A stretch of DNA of 64,000 bases from Amphiscolops sp. MND2022 (lineage: Eukaryota), in assembly GCA_964187785.1 (NCBI GenBank), contig OZ076412.1, positions 2,480,001-2,544,000 of the forward strand, written 5' to 3'. The notes below the pieces were generated by a model. It saw only the letters and a list, made by a program, of their open reading frames with translations. It was not told the origin of the DNA and made no database searches. Made by a program: the position numbers and the translations under genes. Shown here one piece after another: positions 1-12,479 of the stretch; within the stretch, counting starts at the first letter, position 1, and each line of letters opens with the position of its first letter.

Positions 1-474
1 GAGTATAGCTGCTTTCATCAAAATTCACATTGCAGATTTTGGACGATGATTTGCGGATAATGGAATCAAACTGCTGTAGGAGGTCCACCTCTTCAAAGCA
101 AGGGCTGGTACGAAGAAAGTATAGTAGTTTAGGTAGACTAAAGCAGTTTTCAACAGGTTGAAATCATAGTGGGCATCTAATTTCGTAACGACTTCAGATA
201 GTTTTTGCAATTCAATCATTTTTTTGTTCAACAGGTTTCGACGAGCACTTGCGCCCATTGACGACCCTAAAATTTCCAAATACTCACGATCCTCCACTTT
301 AATACATGGGCAAATTTCGTCAAAAAGCTCTTTGATTCTCTTTTTTGACCTTTCGGTACAATTTCCGAGGAAAATCAGGTAACATTTAGTTTTCTCGAGT
401 GATAACCCATACTCGTCGGCGCTAGCGATGATTCGTTTTATAGAGTTAATATTATAGGGTTTTATAGACCCCAT
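1..474 (-). mobile_element. CRE-like non-LTR retrotransposon fragment (RT C-terminal/thumb region)
   Basis: ORF 25..474 (GLSLEKTKCYLIFLG...YLEILGSSMG...KLDAHYDFNLLK) parallels the region after YLDD in the CRE-like copy at 6100-6500 (GLKVKPTKCELFFLG...KLDAHY). Confidence 0.7.
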
Positions 475-770
475 TTTATAGAGTTAATAGTAGTATACGA
501 AATGGAGATACGGGTGAAGCTAAAAACAGAGTAAATTGTTTGATACAACAGACTGACAACAATTTTTTTCTTTCAGGAAAAGTTTCAGTACTTTCCTAAT
601 AGACCGGATTATTGAAAAAACATTCCTAATAGAACGGACGCATTATATAAATACCGGACAATCAGCTTATTGACTTAAAGACTCGGTTTGTCAACATTAT
701 ATTGACTCAATTTACAACATACCAATTAGATACATGTAATAAAATATTAAAGTGGGGAAATATCTTCAAG

Positions 771-953
771 TGGGGCATATGCGGCGTATGCACGCTCGCC
801 CTCACCGTCGCAAAGACCAGCTCCCACTACGATCGCTTCGCGATCTCCGTTCCCGCTAGGTCTTTGCTCCTGTTCGACCTCGCTTAGCAAGATGGGAATA
901 TAAGCGGCCTCAAGGGGCCGCAGGGCACTAGAGGAAATGAGGACATATCCGAG
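771..953 (+). repeat. Structured dispersed repeat module A, copy 1
   Basis: Same ~180-bp GC-rich sequence recurs at 2400-2583, 7935-8065 (reverse) and 12107-12290. Contains stems GCAAAGACC/GGTCTTTGC, GATCGC-TTC-GCGATC and GCGGCC/GGCCGC. Confidence 0.85.
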
Positions 954-997
954 GGGGTACTTGGTCTACCGGACAACCTACTTAGCACACTTAGCCC

Positions 998-2170
998 CGT
1001 AAGAAAGACTTGACTGAGTGCTGGACACGAACCTACGTACTGCATCTCAAGCTAGGGTTCCCCGGCTAGGAAATCTGAGTAAAAGGCTAGACCGAGCGGT
1101 CATATAATGTTCAATTATTCACAAGTTTTTTTTTGTTTTGGTTGTCAGTCTACTGGGATAGTGACTGGATTAGTAGGTCACGTTGCTTCAAGTTTGTTAA
1201 AGACCGATGAGAGCTACCTAAAGGTACTGTAAATTAAATGTACCTGATAATTTTATCTTCACTTGACTGAATAAATAATCAAAATTGGATCGTCGTCATC
1301 AATCAGCGTTTTAAAAAAAAAACGCTTCTTTAATCATCATGTGCCCCCAGCCCGGGCGACAAACAAAAAAATCCAACCGAAATAGGAAACAAAAAGAATT
1401 GAGAAACGAGATCATGCAACCTGAGGGTTCAATGGACCGATACATGTAAGAAAATGTATGTATTTTACATTTCTCACTGAATCAATTTCTCAACACACAT
1501 CTCAAAATAAAGTGTTGGCAATAATCAATCTTCAATAATCCGACAACCCAGCCACAATCAAAAGGAGTCCAGGCCCTAACAGGGTACGGACCCAGCAATT
1601 TGGTGAGTTTGTTTTTTAAACCTTTTTCTCCTTACCTCAGTACGATCTGAGAAAATCCAGAGAACGAAAATGGACTGTCAGAAATACCAACAATACCTAT
1701 GGAAAACGATGCTTCTGGGTATTAGGTGCTGAATTGTGGAACTCACTACCTTGTGATCTTGTATGGAGCCCTTCATGACACTTTCCAAGCACGACTAAAG
1801 ACAAAAATATTCTGAACGCTTTGAATGTTGAAAAAGCGTCATTAACAACTTCAACTTCAACTTCTTCAACTTTTTCTCCTTACTCTCACTTTGCTCGTCT
1901 GATTTATATTTCTCGTTCTCAATCTTTGCGTTTTGGGTCTTGGATATCCACAATTTTTGCTATTTATACCGTCCGTAACCGCGGTTTTGCTTCCGTTAAC
2001 TTTGTAGCTTATCTACGTGGGAATTCATGTTTTGCTGTCCAATTTTTGTTCCAGTTACTTCCATCTGCATGTTTCGGGCTCTTGTTCAGTTTCTCGCTTT
2101 TTGTTCAGGCCAAGTTGTTTTTTGTTGAGACATATTGTTGTGATGAACTTCTTAAAAAGCTTCAGTGATG
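998..2170 (+). mobile_element. Ty1/copia 5' fragment: LTR (~998-1581), PBS-like site, leader/gag start
   Basis: Homologous to 16796-17420. The LTR ends ...TAACA and is followed by GGGTACGGACCCAG, a degenerate form of the copia-type PBS GGTTATGGGCCCAG. Confidence 0.75.
1636..1869 (+). mobile_element. 5'-truncated LINE (CR1/L2-like) 3' end inserted in the copia leader
   Basis: 14-bp TSD CTTTTTCTCCTTAC at 1622-1635 and 1870-1883; the homologue near 17220 is uninterrupted. Encodes YGKRCFWVLGAELWNSLPCDL, typical of a LINE ORF2 C-terminus, and ends in a (CAACTT)n-like tail. Confidence 0.8.
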
Positions 2171-2264
2171 GCAATGATTTGAATTTAAGACTGGACAATA
2201 TCTCTGACGCTATTTTGTTGGTTTGTCGCTGCACTTTGGCTGAAAGAACCATGGAGTGTACGCC

Positions 2265-2760
2265 TTTGATCTAATTGTTTTGGTCTAATGGAATTAGATC
2301 TAACTGTTCGGTCTAACTTTCAGATATAATTTTATCTAAAAATACTTAGGTCTATCCGCTTTATGATCTAATATGTGTTCTGAAAGCAAAATTATAATGT
2401 GGGGCTTATGCGATGTATGCAAGCTCGCCTTCACCGTCGCAAAGACCAGCTCCCACTACGATCGCTTCGCGATCTCCTTTCCCGCTAGGTCTTTGCTCCT
2501 GTTCGACCTCGCTTAGCAAGATGGGTATATAAGCGGCCCCAAGGGGCCGCGGGGCACTAGAGGAAATGGGGACATATCCGAGACACGTTTTATACTTTTC
2601 TAGAAAATGAAAACTTTCTGTTATTTTTGCTCTCAAATTAGATCAAATTAGAAGTGATTTTTAGACCTGATTATTTAGATCAATTTATTTATATCTCAAT
2701 TTTGCCCCCTCTCTTAGATCTATTTCATCAGACCTGATTCCACGTAGCCAGAACCATCAC
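2265..2760. mobile_element. MITE/foldback-like element with module A copy 2 (2400-2583) at its centre
   Basis: GATCTA/GGTCTA hexamers are repeated to the left of module A and their complements TAGATC/TAGACC to the right. Confidence 0.55.
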
Positions 2761-2849
2761 AACCCAGTGAGATAATTCCATTTATATTTCATTTTATAAA
2801 TTCAAGGTTTTTTCATACACGGATTGCTTCACTGCTGTGGTGATTGTTT

Positions 2850-5800
2850 TTTGGGGAGATTGACACACACCCATATGTGGTATTCCTGCAATTGGTTAGG
2901 TTTCGAGGTTGAATTGTGATGAAAAACAACAAAACCTGCAACGCTCTGAAGTGTCTGAAGCCCTAAGGGTTGATAGACTGGATAAATTTTGAGCTTTGCA
3001 CCGGATGGGTTCAATTAAAATGCGCCAATTTATCAAAAACGGAGGCTCGAGGCCATGCCGAATTTAAATGTTGTAGATGCTCTGTAATGAACACAATCCC
3101 TCAGTGATAACTTTAGACCAGACACCCTTTTTATATCAGGTGTTGTTCACTTGAAAAGTTCCTAAAAAGTCACGGACCCCTCTAGCTGATAACTTGATAC
3201 CCAAACTTAATGATATTTGTGAAACCCCGTCGACTATTGACTTGTGGTGCTTTTTGTTTTCCCCTCTAATCTGTTTTTTGAAAAAACCACCTCGAGTAGG
3301 TAAATGTCAGAGGTCATCACTCAGTGCAATTATCAACAAGCGTATTCGAGATGGTGTCATTGAGAAAAGACAAAAACGCGACAGAAAACCGCAGCGGAAA
3401 AGCAAGTTAGATTGACGACTGCATTCCATTTGCACTAAAATAGACGAAGGTAAGGTTAAGGCCGGAATCACAACGGCAGTAGGCGACGACAAGATTGCAG
3501 ATTTCACGGTCGATAACTACGCTGCCCTGAAGCTGAAACATCCGCAAAGGGAAACTTGCTCTGTTCCGGACCCCATAGATATCGATTGTTTTTCAACTTT
3601 GAAGTATTTCGTCAACAAGGCGCGCATGTCCTTCCCCAATGGCTCTAGTGCAGGGTAGGATGGCACTTCGCCCCAAATTTTGAAAGTTTTGACTGCCAAG
3701 TCGAACAGGCAAGTTGGACTAATTTTTCTCAAATCCTTGACAAATTTTGTGAATGTAATTCTCGAAGGAAAAGTACCTTTCGAACTTTGGCCGTATTCTT
3801 TGGTGCGAAACTAATTGCGCTAAAAAAGCCTGATGGAGGACTTCGTCCTATCATTGTAGGCAATACCTTCCGCCGGTTGTCCGCAAAGTATGCCGGATAC
3901 CATTTCTTCGAATCTCGTCAAGCAGGGTTGATAGACTGGGTAAATTGTAGGGTTTGCAACGGATGGGTTAAAGTAAAATGCCCCAATTTATCAAAAACGG
4001 AGTCCCGGAGCCTTGCCGAATATAAATGTTGTAGATGCTCTGTAGTGAACACACTCCCGCAGTGTCACGAAAATAAGTTTAGACCAGCCACCCTTTTTAA
4101 ATCAGGTGTTGTTCACTTGAAAAGTTCCTAAAAATACGGATCCCTCTAGCTGAAAACTTGATAGCAAAAATTAATGATACTTGTGAAACCCCGTCGACTA
4201 TTGCCTTGTGGTGCTTTTTGGTTTCCTCTCTAATCTGTTCTTTGAAATAAACACCCCGAGGAGGTAAATGTTAGAGGTCATCACTCATTGCAATTATCAA
4301 CAAGCGTATTCGAGATGGTGTCATTGAGAAAAGACAGAAACGCGACAGAAAACCGCAGCGGAAAAGCGAGTTAGATCGACGACTGCATTCCATTTGCACT
4401 AAATTAGACGAATGTAAGGTTAAGGCCGGACTCACAATGGCAGTAGGCGACGACAAGATTGTAGATTTCACGGTCGATAACTACGCTGCCCTGAAGCTGA
4501 AACATCCGCAAAGGGAAACTTGCTCTGTTCCGGACCCCACAGATATCGATTGTTTTTCAACCTCGAAGTTTTTCGTCCACAAGGCGCTCATGTCCTTCCA
4601 CAACGGCTCTAGTGCAGGGTAGGATGGCATTTCGCCCCAATTTTGAAAGTTTTGACTGCCAAGTCGAACGGGCAAACTGGACTGATTTTTCTCAAAACCT
4701 TAACAAATCTTGTGAATGTAATTCTGGAAGGAAAAGTACCTTTCGAACTTTGGCCGTATTCTTTGGTGCGAAACTAATTGCGCTAAAAAGCCTGATGGGG
4801 GACTTCGTCCTATCATTGTAGGCAATACCTTCCGCCGGTTGTTCGCAAAGTATGCCGGATACAATTTCTTCGAATTTCGTCAAGCGGGGTTGACAGACTG
4901 GGTAAATTGTAGGGTTTGCAACGGATGGGTTCAGTTAAAATGCGCCAATTTATCAAAACCGGAGGCCCAGAGCCTTGCCGAATATAAATGTTGTAGATGC
5001 TCTGTAGTGAACACACTCCCGCAGTGTCACGAAAATAACTTTAGACCAGACACCCTTTTTAAATCAGGTGTTGTTCACTTGAAAAGTTCCCAAAAAGTCA
5101 CGGATCCCTCTAGCTGAAAACTTGATAACAAAAATTAATGATACTTGTGAAACCCCGTCGACTATTGCCTTGTGGTGCTTTTTGCTTTCCTCTCTAACCT
5201 GTTTTTTGGAACAAATACCCCAAGGAGGTAAATGTTAGAGGTCATCACCCAGTGCAATTTTCAACAAGCGTATTCGAGATGGTGTCATTGAGAAAAGACA
5301 GAACCGCGACAGAAACCGCAGCAGAAAAGCGAGTTAGATCGACGACTGCATTCCATTTGCACTAAATTAGACGAATGTAAGGTTAAGGCCGGACTCACAA
5401 TGGAAGTAGGCGACGACAAGATTGCAGATTTCACGGTCGATAACTACGCTGCCCTGAAGATGAAACATCCGCAAAGGGAAACTTGCTCTGTTCCGGACCC
5501 CACAGATATGGATTGTTTTTCAACCTCAAAGTTTTTCGTCCACAAGGCGCTCATGTCCTTCCCTAATGGTTCTAGTGCAGGGTTGGATGGCATTTGGCCC
5601 CAAATTTAGAAAAGTTTGACTGCCAAGTCGAACGGACAAACTGGACTGATTTTTCTCAAAACAATAACAAATCTTGTGAATGTAAATCTCGAAGGAAAAG
5701 TACTTTTCGAATTTTGGCCAAACTTCTTTGTTGCGAAACTAATTGCGCTAAAAAAGCCTGATGGAGGACTTCGTCCTATCATTGTAGGCAATGCCTTCCG

Positions 5801-7630
5801 CCGGTTGTCCGCAAAATATGCCGGATATCATGTCTTCGAATCTCGTCAAGCAAGATATGGAAATCGAAAAGTAGGTGTAGGCACCAAAAGGGGTGTAGGC
5901 GCTGAAGTGGCCTCAAATGTTTTTCGTTGTTTGACAGAAGGCCCCCAGCCCGTACAGTCAGCCAAATTTTCTTTTTTGGGGTGACTTAGTCATCAAATCT
6001 TGTGAAGGGACCCAGCAAGGAGATGCTGGGTCTCCAGCTTTATTTTCGAATTCTATTCAGGATCTGATTGACAGTTTGCAGTCGAAAAAAACTTATGGTA
6101 CCTTGACGATGAAGATCTAAGTGATGATTACAGAACCGTTTTGAAAGATCTCGAAAAAATAGTTGAAGCGGAGAAAACGCTCGGACTCAAAGTTAAACCC
6201 ACGAAATGCGAATTGTTTTTCCTTGGGGACATCACTGAAAAACGCCGATTGACAAGTTTAGCATCTTTCCAAAAACATTTGACCCGGGATCAAAACACCA
6301 ATGAAAGATGAACCTAATTTTCTTAGTTCACAGCTCGACCCAAAATCACAAGCAGACTTATTGGAAAAGCAAACAATGAACTGGAAAGTGTTAAAGTATA
6401 TGTTGAAAAACTAGATGCGCACTATGTTGAAAAATTGCTTCAGTCTGCCAAAGTTGTTGTACTTCCTGAGAACCAGTGAAGGTGGTAATCATCAAGCTTT
6501 CTTGGAAAAGTATGACAAAACCGTACGCGACGGGCTTTCCAGAGCGTCTAATATGAACTTCCACGATATTCTCGAGTACTCAGCTGGATATGCCGGCTGA
6601 AATGGGTGGTCTTGGTGTGTCATCCGCATCATGATTAGCACTTCCCGCCTTTTTGGCCTCAGGTTCTGATGCGAGTGACTTTCTCACGACGATTTTCTCG
6701 GAAACATTCGAAGATGTTTCGTTTACAAAAGCCCTTGAGAAATGGTTGAGTTTGACGAATGAACAGGAAAGTCCTTTTGATGGAACCCAGAAAATTTGGA
6801 CACAACCTGTCTTCGTTAAAACCGCCCAAGATTTGATTTCTAGAATGGATGACAAACGTTCGAAAGTTTTCAACACTCATCAAGGTAAACTCGGATCTCA
6901 ATGGCTGAACGTCGTTCCTTGTAAGAACCTAGTCCTGAAACTTGATGATCAGCAACTTCGGATTTCAATTGCTTTACGTCTCGGAGCCAGGAGCCAACAT
7001 TTGTGTTGCGCATACGTAACACTGTGGTGAAAGATTCGAACGGGACGGTTTACACGGTCTTTCTTGCACCAAGAGTGATGATCGCTTCTCACGTCATCCT
7101 ACTCTCAACTCTCTCATAAAGCAGACGTTGGGATCTCTCGACTTGCCTTCAATGCTCGAACCGCGTGGACTGTACCGAACCGATGGCAAACGCCCAGACG
7201 GTGTTACCATGATTCCTTGGGAAATGGGTAAACAGCTGGTGTGGGATGTCACGGTTGTCGATGCTCTAGCACCCAGTCGCCTGAATCAAGGCTCTTCATG
7301 TAACCCGGGAACCACCGCCACCGAGGCTGATGCGCGTAAAATTGAGAAGTATCGCGAATTAAAAGACAATGGATACATTTTTCAACCAGTGGCCTTGGAA
7401 GTACAGGGTTCTTTAGGCGAGAGCAGTGAAATTTTTATCATGCGTCTCTGTAAAATGCTCTGTCGTTCGCACGACGATCAACGAGCTGGCAGCTTATTTC
7501 AATGGCTCTTCAGATCGGCAATGCGGCCTGTGTTCTAGGAACTGTGATCGACAGAGATGCGTTCGAAGCATTTATTACATCTAATTTATGTTTCGAAACC
7601 TCTATATCATAGCAGTCTTTTTAAAAATAA
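2850..7630 (+). mobile_element. CRE-like non-LTR retrotransposon, decayed, 5' PHD/RT-start segment triplicated
   Basis: RT motifs FFGAKLIALKKPDGGLRPIIVG, QQGD and WYLDD. C-terminal CCHC-like knuckle plus restriction-like endonuclease (RPDG...LVWDVTVVD, ORF 7128..7538). N-terminal PHD-like CxxC...CxxC. Many frameshifts and stops. Confidence 0.9.
2966..5850 (+). repeat. Three tandem ~960-bp units inside the CRE-like element
   Basis: The anchor GGGTTGA(T/C)AGACTGG recurs at ~2966, ~3926 and ~4886, and each unit repeats PHD, linker and LKKPDGGLRP. Confidence 0.9.
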
Positions 7631-7655
7631 GTATCTACCAGTCGAATATTATATC

Positions 7656-7871
7656 GGCTGGTATGGGGTTCCCTACTTTCGTTGCAGACCACAGGTGTAA
7701 GTTTTCTCCCCCCAACATGATGATACACATGGCACTTGATTGATGATCCATATCTGATAAAAGAAAGATAGAGTTAAGTCGCTTGACTGCTAGCTAGATC
7801 TGCCTTGAAATGCAGGTTCTTCGTTATAGCAGTCAGTTGACGAGGCAGGTTCAATAGATGACAAGAAGCAG
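7656..7871 (+). repeat. SINE-like dispersed repeat family C
   Basis: The core GTTGCAGACCAC...CCCCAACATGATGA(T/C)ACACATGGCACTTGATTG recurs at ~20405-20600 (-), ~23695-23855, ~24834-24955 (-), ~27995-28150 and ~41008-41113. Partial copies lie at 33920-33980, 34955-35005, 37750-37810 and 38782-38830. Confidence 0.75.
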
Positions 7872-7934
7872 AACTTCAATGTTGCCTAATCAGCAGAAAT
7901 GATAGTGCCACTGTACTCATGCACATGGCAGCTG

Positions 7935-8335
7935 ATGTTCCCTTCTTGCTAAGTAAGGTCGAACAGTAGCAAAGACCTAGCTGGAACAGAGATCGCGAAG
8001 CAATCGTAGTGGGAGCTGGTCTTTGCGACGGTGAGGGCGAGCGTGCATACACTGTAAATGACCCCACAATATTTTCGATCATATTATAAAAGCACAATAG
8101 CAGTGGATCTGTGTTTGTCGATCCACTGTTTGTCGATCAATTTCGATCACCCTTAATCTTCAGGGTTTTGTTGATCGTTGTCAATCAAACACTTTTCGAT
8201 CAGTTGACCCTCTTCAAACTGGGACAACTCGTCGGTTGCCTGAACAGGAAACTGTTGTCCTACTACAACACAAAAGACTACTTTCTCCCAAAAACTCTCC
8301 TAGGGGAGCAGTAAGAGAATTCCCTCCTTAGATCA
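7935..8335 (-). mobile_element. Non-autonomous MITE-like unit (module A plus TCGATC-array segment), left copy
   Basis: Reverse-complement homologue of 11835-12290; ORF-track translations 8111..8314 and 11871..12065 / 11860..12192 share sequence. Confidence 0.75.
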
Positions 8336-8519
8336 GGCTCAACTTACAAACAACTAAAATAGGCCGTTTTTTGGTGTGAAACACCAAAAAATACAAAAAA
8401 TAAGCTTTTTGATTTTTTTGAATTTCATCATCGAAAAAATGAATTGCGTTACGACTCTGTTGTCATCAATTGAAACATATTCCAAAGTAAACAGGTTTTC
8501 TAGTTTAAAAAAAGTATAT

Positions 8520-8870
8520 CTCATTAAAAGAACTTGTTAATAAATATGGACTAGAAAACGCAGCTACAAACAATGTGAGAATTAAAGAAATCTTACTAGT
8601 CCTAAACACTCCGTGTGGATTATACTTGAGTGATGATACGTTTTTTACGAAATCAGGTATAGTCAATTTACCCCCAACTAAAAGAACACATTGGGTTATG
8701 TTTATTAACGAGTGTTACTTTGATTCATATGGCTGCCCTACTCCACTAAGTATAACAATTCTCATTAAGAAAGGCATCTACTCATGAGATCAAATTCAGA
8801 AAAAATGTAGTTATTGCGTGGCGTATAGTTTCTACATTTGTTCACCTTGCAAACACAATAGGTTTTTAAA
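8520..8870 (+). pseudogene. Polinton/adintovirus-type adenain-like cysteine protease remnant
   Basis: THWVMFINECYFDSYG (His, Asp) followed after a stop by DQIQKKCSYC (Gln, Cys), the adenain/Ulp1-like catalytic order. Confidence 0.75.
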
Positions 8871-10527
8871 ATGCAGTACTAAAGTTATACCACCAATCAT
8901 ATTCATCATATATGAAAATGTCTAGTTCTGAAAACATTATCAGACATATTCATGAATAGTAAATGAAGAAAAGTAATACTTATTCAACTCATTTTAAAAT
9001 CATTTCGGAAAAACACTCAGAAACTATTTCTGCAAATCAAAATCATCCAAATGAGTATCATGAAAATCAAAATCCGAGAAGTAAGAAAAGTTATCGAAAG
9101 ATAGACAAGATTTTATAAACAACATATCCTCTAGTCGATTTGAACAATTTCATGTATAAGTATAACAAATGGATCTACCAAACTTTGTAACACATGGTAA
9201 GAAAGAATCTCGTTTGATGAACAATGCAACATCTAATCAAGAAACTGTTGAAAATACGCTTTCTAAACCACAAAAATGAGACTTTAAAATGATTACACAA
9301 AAAAATCTTTTTCATTTGATAAACATCTCGAACTAAAAATAAAATGGAATATGGGAGTATCAAGTTTAGAAGTATACAACACTGTATATAATATCACTGA
9401 AATGAATAACACTTTTCAAACAGAACTAGATAAGAATTTCTTTGAACAATTTTGAATTACACCCGAAACTGGTTAAAGCTAATAAAGATTCATCAATAGT
9501 TCAGAACCTAGACAATGATATGGAAAAATATAAACAAAAACTAAGTCGATATGAAAATAAAACCATCACCAAACTTGACTATGAACTATTTGAAAGGATA
9601 TTCAGACATCTCTATGAACAAAAATATGATGTAGAATTCCCCTTCCAAAAATCGTTGATTTACCCACTTGAAATTTGATTAGAACTAACAAGCTTAGCGA
9701 GTAGTTGATTAGTGCGATTTCGAATTTCATCATATTCTTATATAAAATCTTATATAAAATATCACTACTGTGTTGCATTGCGTTTGTCTGATTTTCGATT
9801 GCTTGTGTTGTAGTTTGAGTAGAATGACGTAGCGCTAGTATTTGCTTTCGGAACCTACTTGTTGTTTACTTTGCTTTTGTTTCTGGTTTTCAGTAACGGG
9901 TTCAAAAACTTCTCCCATATCGTAATGAAAGTCTTGCATCTCAAGTTTCTCTTTAGAAGTTATTTGCGGATTAAAGATCTTGTTTCTAGCAAATTTTTTT
10001 AGTTTTTCTAAAACATCACGATTATGAATTGAATCATTTGTTGTTATAAAATCAACTTAAATTATGATTTATAGACATATCCATACATATATAACGAATT
10101 AATGAATTTTAGCCAGTTAAAACCTTTCCCTTGATGAACAAATTTTATACTACCAGAGCAGCAGCAGCAGCAGCAGCTGTGGCTCGTGGACTTTTTACTC
10201 GCTGCTGCAGTTCCTATGTTAGCTTCGAGCTCCAGTACTCACCAGGATTGTTGAGAAATTTCTTCCCAGCATTCTTAGCTACACAGCCTAACGAAGAAAA
10301 GATATTACCCAATCCTCCTGCAGCAAATGTTTAATACTATAAGTGATTTTTTAAACATGTTACACGCTTGCCACATGGTAGTTGTACATACTTTCCAGTT
10401 TTTCTATTCTGAGTATAATCTACTTTGATGTTTGTTGTGGCATAATAGTGTTTGTCACCAAAACAATCGGAAATACTTTTAAAATTTTGAACCTCATTTG
10501 TTTGGGAAAATTTTCTAAGCTTCGCAA

Positions 10528-10996
10528 TTAAATTGTGATGGTTTGAATTATGAATTCGAGTGTCTCGTTGTTGAAATCTACTGGCTTATGGTTCGAGTCT
10601 GCTAAAAATTGGATATTGTCTAATCGTGTTGTATTTATCTTTTTGTATAAAACAGTTGTGGAATTGTTTATAATTTCATATCCTGGTGGGAAAGAAAATT
10701 TAAATGAATATAGTATTTGTTCTCGAACTCCATTAACAATCGAGCCATCTCCATAATCACAAGTCAGAAGAACATTGTCTATTGATGTAATCATAACTGT
10801 TTTTGTTTTATTTATGAGTTCCTTTATCATACATTGTAGATGTAATAAATAGACGTTTATTCCTTTCTGAATTCAAAACTCTTGGATAAAGTGTGGATAT
10901 TGTTGATTCCATTGACAATGTATCTGCTTCTATGATAATGTTTAACCCGGGGGTATGTCTGATGTTATGTTTGATTGTCTTATGGATATCAGTCAT
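10528..10996 (-). pseudogene. Polinton/adintovirus-type minor capsid (penton-like) protein, frameshifted
   Basis: ORFs 10808..10996 and 10528..10830: LTCDYGDGSIVNG...ILYSF...PPGYEII...YKKI...VDFNNE matches the Polinton minor-capsid signature as I recall it. Confidence 0.7.
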
Positions 10997-11429
10997 TTCA
11001 TAAACTCCGGGTGTTAATTCAATTTCATAGTAATCGTTTTAAATTGGTAAATCAACAAGTTTTAAAGAGGGAATTTCTACATCCTATTTTTGTTCATTGA
11101 GATGTCTGAATATCCTTTCAAATTGTTCATAGTCAAGTCTGGTGTCGGATTTATTTTCATATTGACTTAGGTTTCGTTTAAAGTTTTCCATATCATCGTC
11201 CAGGTTGTGAACTATTGATAAGCATTAATAGTTTCAACGAGTTTGGGGTGTAATTCAGAATGTTCAAACAAATCCTTGATTTTCATGATACTCATTTGGA
11301 TGATTTTGATTTGCAGACATATTTTCTGACTGTTTTCCGGGCTGATTTTAAACTGAGCTGAATAAACGTAATATATTTGCAAGATATAAAATTGTATAAA
11401 CAATACGCTACGCAATAACTACCATTTTC

Positions 11430-11720
11430 TTGAATTCGATAATGTAAGTAGATGCCTTTATTAATAAGATTTGTTATTTATAGTGGAGGAGGGCAGCCAT
11501 ATGAATCAAAGTAACATTCGTTAATAAACATAACCCAATGTGTTCTTTTAGTTGGGTGTAAATTGGCTATGCCTGATTTCGTAAAAAACGTATCATCTCT
11601 CAGACATATTGCACACGGAGTTTTGGGATTTAGGTTCATATTTATCAACAGATTCTTTGAATGAGATGAACATTGTTACCTTAGAAAACCAGTTTATTTA
11701 GGAATATGTTTCTTTTGATG
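11430..11720 (-). pseudogene. Second adenain-like protease remnant (inverted copy)
   Basis: Reverse complement of ~11490-11620 aligns by eye with 8610-8750 (GATGATACGTTTTTTACGAAATCAGG...CATTGGGTTATGTTTATTAACGA...TTTGATTCATATGGCTGCCC). Confidence 0.75.
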
Positions 11721-11834
11721 ACAACAGTGTAGTAAGACTATTCATTCCATCGATTAGATTAAATTAAAAAACATCAAAGGCATATTTTGGTGTTTCACAC
11801 CAAAAAAGGGTCTGATATTGTCGTTTTGAAGTTG

Positions 11835-12290
11835 ACAGTAATCTAAGGAGGGAATTCTCTTACTGCTCGCCTAGGAGAGTTTTTTGAGAAAAAGTAGTCT
11901 TTTGTGTTGTAGTAGGACAACAGTCACCTTGTTTAGGCAACCGACGAGTTGTCCCAGTTGGAAGTGGGTAAACTGATCGAAAAGTGATTGATCGACAACG
12001 ATCGACAAAACCCTGATGATTAAGTGTGATCGAAATTGATCGACGAACCGGGGATCGACAAACACCAGAGATCCACTTGTGCTTTTGTAGTTTGGTCAAA
12101 AAAAATGTGGGGCATATGCTCTGTATGTACACTCGCACTAACGATCGCAAAGACCAGCTCCCACTACGATTACTTCGCGATCTCTGGTCCATCTAGGTCT
12201 TTGCTCCTGTTCAATCTCGTTTAGCAAAATGAAAACATAGACGGTCCCAAGGGGCGGCGGGGCACTAGGAGAAATGGGGACAAACCAAGA
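11835..12290 (+). mobile_element. Non-autonomous MITE-like unit (GATCGA-array segment plus module A), right copy
   Basis: Inverted homologue of 7935-8335; module A occupies 12107-12290. Confidence 0.75.
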
Positions 12291-12479
12291 CACGTTTCAT
12301 AATTTCATTCACTTCATTGTTCTAGATCTCAATTGACTTCCATTACCCAATTTCACGTTTCCTTTTGATTCTTGGATTTTTTGGGCAATTTTGCCGATTT
12401 TACACGTTATTCTGTCGTATCACTAGACAAGGGAAAATCACTGCATGGAAGACTCAATTGAAGTTGATAACATTAAGGG

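Noticed and set aside
905-935. Helitron 3' end (hairpin followed by CTAG)
   Set aside because: Homology continues past CTAG in all copies, and there is no A|T insertion site or 5' TC terminus.
7656-7720. HDV-like ribozyme in SINE-like family C
   Set aside because: GGTCTAC/GCAGACC could form P1, but the P3/L3 adjacency and the P1.1 GG are missing.
10131-10334. Poly-Ala protein on the + strand
   Set aside because: It derives from a (GCA)n run. The opposite strand fits the orientation of the neighbouring virus-like remnants better, and neither frame can be assigned a function.
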